Translations under genes and position numbers: made by a program
Part shown: positions 60,874-64,000 of the stretch, one piece after another
Position numbering within the stretch: the first letter of the stretch is position 1
How the letters are laid out: each line of letters begins with the position of its first letter
Notes under the pieces: generated by a model
The model's database searches: none
Told to the model about the DNA's origin: nothing
What the model saw: the letters and a program-made list of their open reading frames with translations, nothing else
Assembly (NCBI GenBank): GCA_965205015.1
Contig: OZ242029.1
Coordinates: forward strand, 5,056,001-5,120,000
Direction of reading: 5' to 3'
Length of the DNA stretch: 64,000 bases
Source: Candidatus Poribacteria bacterium
Lineage (GTDB): Bacteria; Poribacteria; WGA-4E; WGA-3G

Positions 60874-63723
60874 CTATAAGTTGTAGCTGATCCCAAACGA
60901 GAACGCTCTACCGAGTTTATACTCAAGATAGGTTGCGTCTCCTATCTTGTAATGGACGTAGGGGTTGAGTAGATTTTTCGCTGAAACGCTGAATTTGAAA
61001 TAGTTCGCAACCGTCCGACTAAAACTCACATCCAATTGCCCGCGGGGTTGCTCATAGACATCTGGCACACCGTGGTTCCCCACCTCAGAGAGCCTGCGTC
61101 CGAAGATGTTATATGCGATTGCACTGGAAATGCCCCAGTTGGGGTCTTCAAAACCGATGGAGGCGTTGATGATGTAAGGACACTGTCCCTGTAGCGGGCG
61201 TTCAGAAGAGGTCTGAATGCCGACATCCTCCGGCAAGACGACTTGCGAGGAGATCAGAGCGGCGTTTGTGTTAATCGAAAATTTACGCAGTGCCTCTGTG
61301 AGAATGCCTAAATTCTGGCGCGCTTCTAACTCCAAACCGTAGTTGTTGGCGCCTTCAGCATTTTCGTAGGTAATCCGGACTTCCGCCTGTGGTTGAACGA
61401 TCTGCTCAATCGGTTTTTGGAACCGCTTATAGAACGCACTCACCGCCAAAATGCCACCGATCTGCGGAAAAGTTTCCCACCGGAAATCGAAGTTGTCGAT
61501 CTGGGTCCGCTCCAATTCCGGATTGCCAAGGATTGTTCTCCCACCGACGAAGTCTGTGAACTCAAAGGGTGCCAGTTCTCGGAAATCGGGACGCGTAATT
61601 GTTCGGGATGCTGCGAGACGTAGATTCATCCGTTCTGTGAGGCGATACGTTACATTCAGCCCCGGCAACCAATCACGTGTTTCCAAATTCGCTTGGATCT
61701 CCTTTCGAGAAGCGGTGAACGGGTCGTAGGTGGTAACCGTTTGATCCGAAGACTCCAATCGGACGCCCGTCATGACCTGCCATTTCGCCGTAATCGGTAG
61801 ATCCAGCATCAGGTAGCTTGCGTAGATATTGTGCCCTGCGAGGTAGTTGTCCGTCGAACGCGTGGATTCTCGCAATTCAAAAACGCGCGGTGCTATGTTT
61901 TGCGCTTGGAAAAGTATTTCGGGCGGATCGGATAGATTGACGGTTGCGTCTACTTGGTCAGCAGGTAGGAATCTAAATCTGCGGACATCAAACGTCCGGG
62001 CCCTGTCTCGTAAGAGTCCTCCGAATTTGAAGAGACCTTCAGCACCGAGTGGGATTTTCCAGTCAAGGCGTGCGTTGTATTCATCGTCCTCAAGATCAAA
62101 GAAGAACCTGCTCCCGCTATGTGTGACATCTCGGAATGTGAAGGTTCCATCGCCTCGATCTTCATAGATATTCTCACGTGTGTCGGGTTCATCGCGCGAG
62201 GCACGCGAGTAGGTGAGTCGCCACTCCATAGAGACATCGGGCTGTTCTGGACCTTCTAATACGGGTTCTCCAAAGTTAAAATCGTGCATTCCGGCGAGTT
62301 GTCCAGAGAAGAGTTGACGTTCAACGTAACGGAGCCGCGTGCTTTGCATATCCGTATTTCTGTCGGCGTTGAACCCTGCCCAGGTACGGGTCTCATCTTC
62401 AGCGGTATGTGTGAAAAGTGTTTTTATACTCAGCAGATGTTCCGGGGAGAAACGCAGACTGGCATTTAGCACACTCCCCCAGTCCACTTCGTTGCCACTT
62501 CGTTCGACGTTATAAGAGGTTACAGGGGAAAGCGTCTGGTTCAAACCGATACGGAAAGCATTGCGGACCTGTGTGCCGTAACTATGGCTATTGCCATAAG
62601 AGATGACACCTAAGTAGCCGAATTCTTTACCGAAGAGTTTGTTACTATTCCCAAGGCTGAATTTATAGCCTTGATTGACGGGTACCTGTCGTCGTTCTGG
62701 GGACCAGACGTTAGAGAACGATTGTCCGAACTCCTGGATTTCTTTGGGGCTGAATCCTAAAGGTGTAAAACGCCCACGTTCTCGAATCGGTAAATCGGCT
62801 GCCTCATCTCGGACGATGTTCGGTAGCGCACGCGAACCATCATCGAATCCTAAAAAGTCTAAACCACCCCCCGGGTACGTCAAGCCCTCTTCACCTGTCG
62901 CCTGTGTGTTAAAACCGCTTGACATCGAGAGCGACATGGTCAATTCTTCTGGAAAATCTTTGGTGAACACTTGGACAGAACCCCCAGCGAAACCTCCGGG
63001 TTGGTCGGGCGAGAAGGTTTTGACTGTCTGGAGACTTGCGAGGAGACTTGCTGGAAAGATGTCCATGGGCACAACTCGGCGGTTCGGCTCAGGACTGGGG
63101 ATCTCAACGTTGTTAAGGAGGGTATTACTGTAGCGTTCTCCCAACCCGCGGACAAACACGTAACGTCCGCCGACAATGCTGACCCCTGTCACCCGTTTGA
63201 TAGCCTCACCGGCAGATGAGGCAGGCAGTCTGCTAATCTCTTCTGTACTAATACTATCTTCAATTCGTGAGCTACGCATCCGTTTTTCGAGGAGACCTCG
63301 TTCACTGGATTGGCTCAGCCGCACGGGTAACTTGATGGCATCGAGTTTTACCACTTGTGGGGTCAGTTTGATTTGAAGGGGGGCGGGTGCCGCTCCTGTG
63401 ATTACCTGAAAATCGGTAATGACAAAAGTGTTATAAAACGGTGCGCTTGCATGAATTTTATAAGTGCCACTCGGCAACGCCAGCGAAAATGCCCCTGTTT
63501 CATCCGTTTTGACCCGAATCTGTGTGTCTGTGACCCGAATTGATACTTCTGCTATCGGCGTTTCGGTGTCGCTATCTATAACGGTCCCTGTTATCTTGAC
63601 TGCCTGTTGCGTTTCGTGGTTATCAGCACTGACTTCTCCGAATACAAGTCCGATGCTAAGCACCAAAAGCAACAAGGTTCCGATGCGGAACCGTTCCCGG
63701 AAGGGTGGAACTTGCAAGCCCAT
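60874..63723 (-). CDS. TonB-dependent receptor with N-terminal carboxypeptidase-regulatory-like domain
   Basis: ITGTVIDSDT; plug AIKRVTGVS...VRGLGERY; RPDFRELAP, GNPEL; C-terminal aromatic strand ISYNL. Confidence 0.93.
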   Translation of the reverse strand: MGLQVPPFRERFRIGTLLLLVLSIGLVFGEVSADNHETQQAVKITGTVIDSDTETPIAEVSIRVTDTQIRVKTDETGAFSLALPSGTYKIHASAPFYNTFVITDFQVITGAAPAPLQIKLTPQVVKLDAIKLPVRLSQSSERGLLEKRMRSSRIEDSISTEEISRLPASSAGEAIKRVTGVSIVGGRYVFVRGLGERYSNTLLNNVEIPSPEPNRRVVPMDIFPASLLASLQTVKTFSPDQPGGFAGGSVQVFTKDFPEELTMSLSMSSGFNTQATGEEGLTYPGGGLDFLGFDDGSRALPNIVRDEAADLPIRERGRFTPLGFSPKEIQEFGQSFSNVWSPERRQVPVNQGYKFSLGNSNKLFGKEFGYLGVISYGNSHSYGTQVRNAFRIGLNQTLSPVTSYNVERSGNEVDWGSVLNASLRFSPEHLLSIKTLFTHTAEDETRTWAGFNADRNTDMQSTRLRYVERQLFSGQLAGMHDFNFGEPVLEGPEQPDVSMEWRLTYSRASRDEPDTRENIYEDRGDGTFTFRDVTHSGSRFFFDLEDDEYNARLDWKIPLGAEGLFKFGGLLRDRARTFDVRRFRFLPADQVDATVNLSDPPEILFQAQNIAPRVFELRESTRSTDNYLAGHNIYASYLMLDLPITAKWQVMTGVRLESSDQTVTTYDPFTASRKEIQANLETRDWLPGLNVTYRLTERMNLRLAASRTITRPDFRELAPFEFTDFVGGRTILGNPELERTQIDNFDFRWETFPQIGGILAVSAFYKRFQKPIEQIVQPQAEVRITYENAEGANNYGLELEARQNLGILTEALRKFSINTNAALISSQVVLPEDVGIQTSSERPLQGQCPYIINASIGFEDPNWGISSAIAYNIFGRRLSEVGNHGVPDVYEQPRGQLDVSFSRTVANYFKFSVSAKNLLNPYVHYKIGDATYLEYKLGRAFSFGISYNL

Positions 63724-64000
63724 ATTAAGAAATCCTCTCCTTTTGTGCGGTTGTCCTTTATGACTGGTGTTCCGCCAACATGTCTGTTCTCAATGCTATT
63801 CCAATGGTTAGAAGAATTATAATCTTCAAATGCAACAAAAGTGTGTAATTTTTTTGTTAAAAAGTAGAAAAAACGCTTTCTGTTTTCATTTGATATTTTC
63901 TCATAGAAAAGATATAATAATTATTAAGAATAGGCTGTTATCGTTGGACGAAAGGTAAATTGATGTTAGCCGAGTTGCTTCGGAAAAGCATTCATTTGTC

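Overview
This is a gene-dense bacterial chromosomal window. Its content strongly resembles Candidatus Poribacteria; this is an inference from the secreted LamG and lamin-tail proteins ending in a 'K-x-x-x-x-W-A-x-L-K' tail, a membrane-anchored ECF sigma factor, a PhyH dioxygenase, a sulfatase and abundant GTAG palindromes. Main blocks, left to right: (1) 186-17165, a 2938-aa TPR protein heading a MoxR/DUF58/BatA/VWA operon; (2) a small islet with an HExxH protein, an ATPase remnant and a PIN-like protein; (3) TPP enzyme, LamG and PhyH genes; (4) 24447-28961, a decaying island with a frameshifted transmembrane ECF sigma factor, a LamG-like gene with an in-frame TGA, and tandem lipoprotein paralogues; (5) 29312-37513, two PQQ-like beta-propellers, a lipoprotein, a lid-less adenylation enzyme and an atypical aldehyde-dehydrogenase-fold protein, which is the best candidate for an undescribed system (split carboxylate reductase) and is interrupted by small inserts; (6) sulfatase, dipeptidase and orphan antitoxins; (7) a His-rich lamin-tail protein flanked by 127-bp MITE-like elements, one carrying nested insertions; (8) STAS, DUF4159, DUF1854/ABC transporter, enolase-superfamily enzyme, DUF5916, katG and MFS genes; (9) a TonB-dependent receptor/lipoprotein/TonB locus with a Pho-box-like promoter. 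No rRNA, tRNA, CRISPR array or intact transposase was seen. All family calls come from motif recognition, not database searches.
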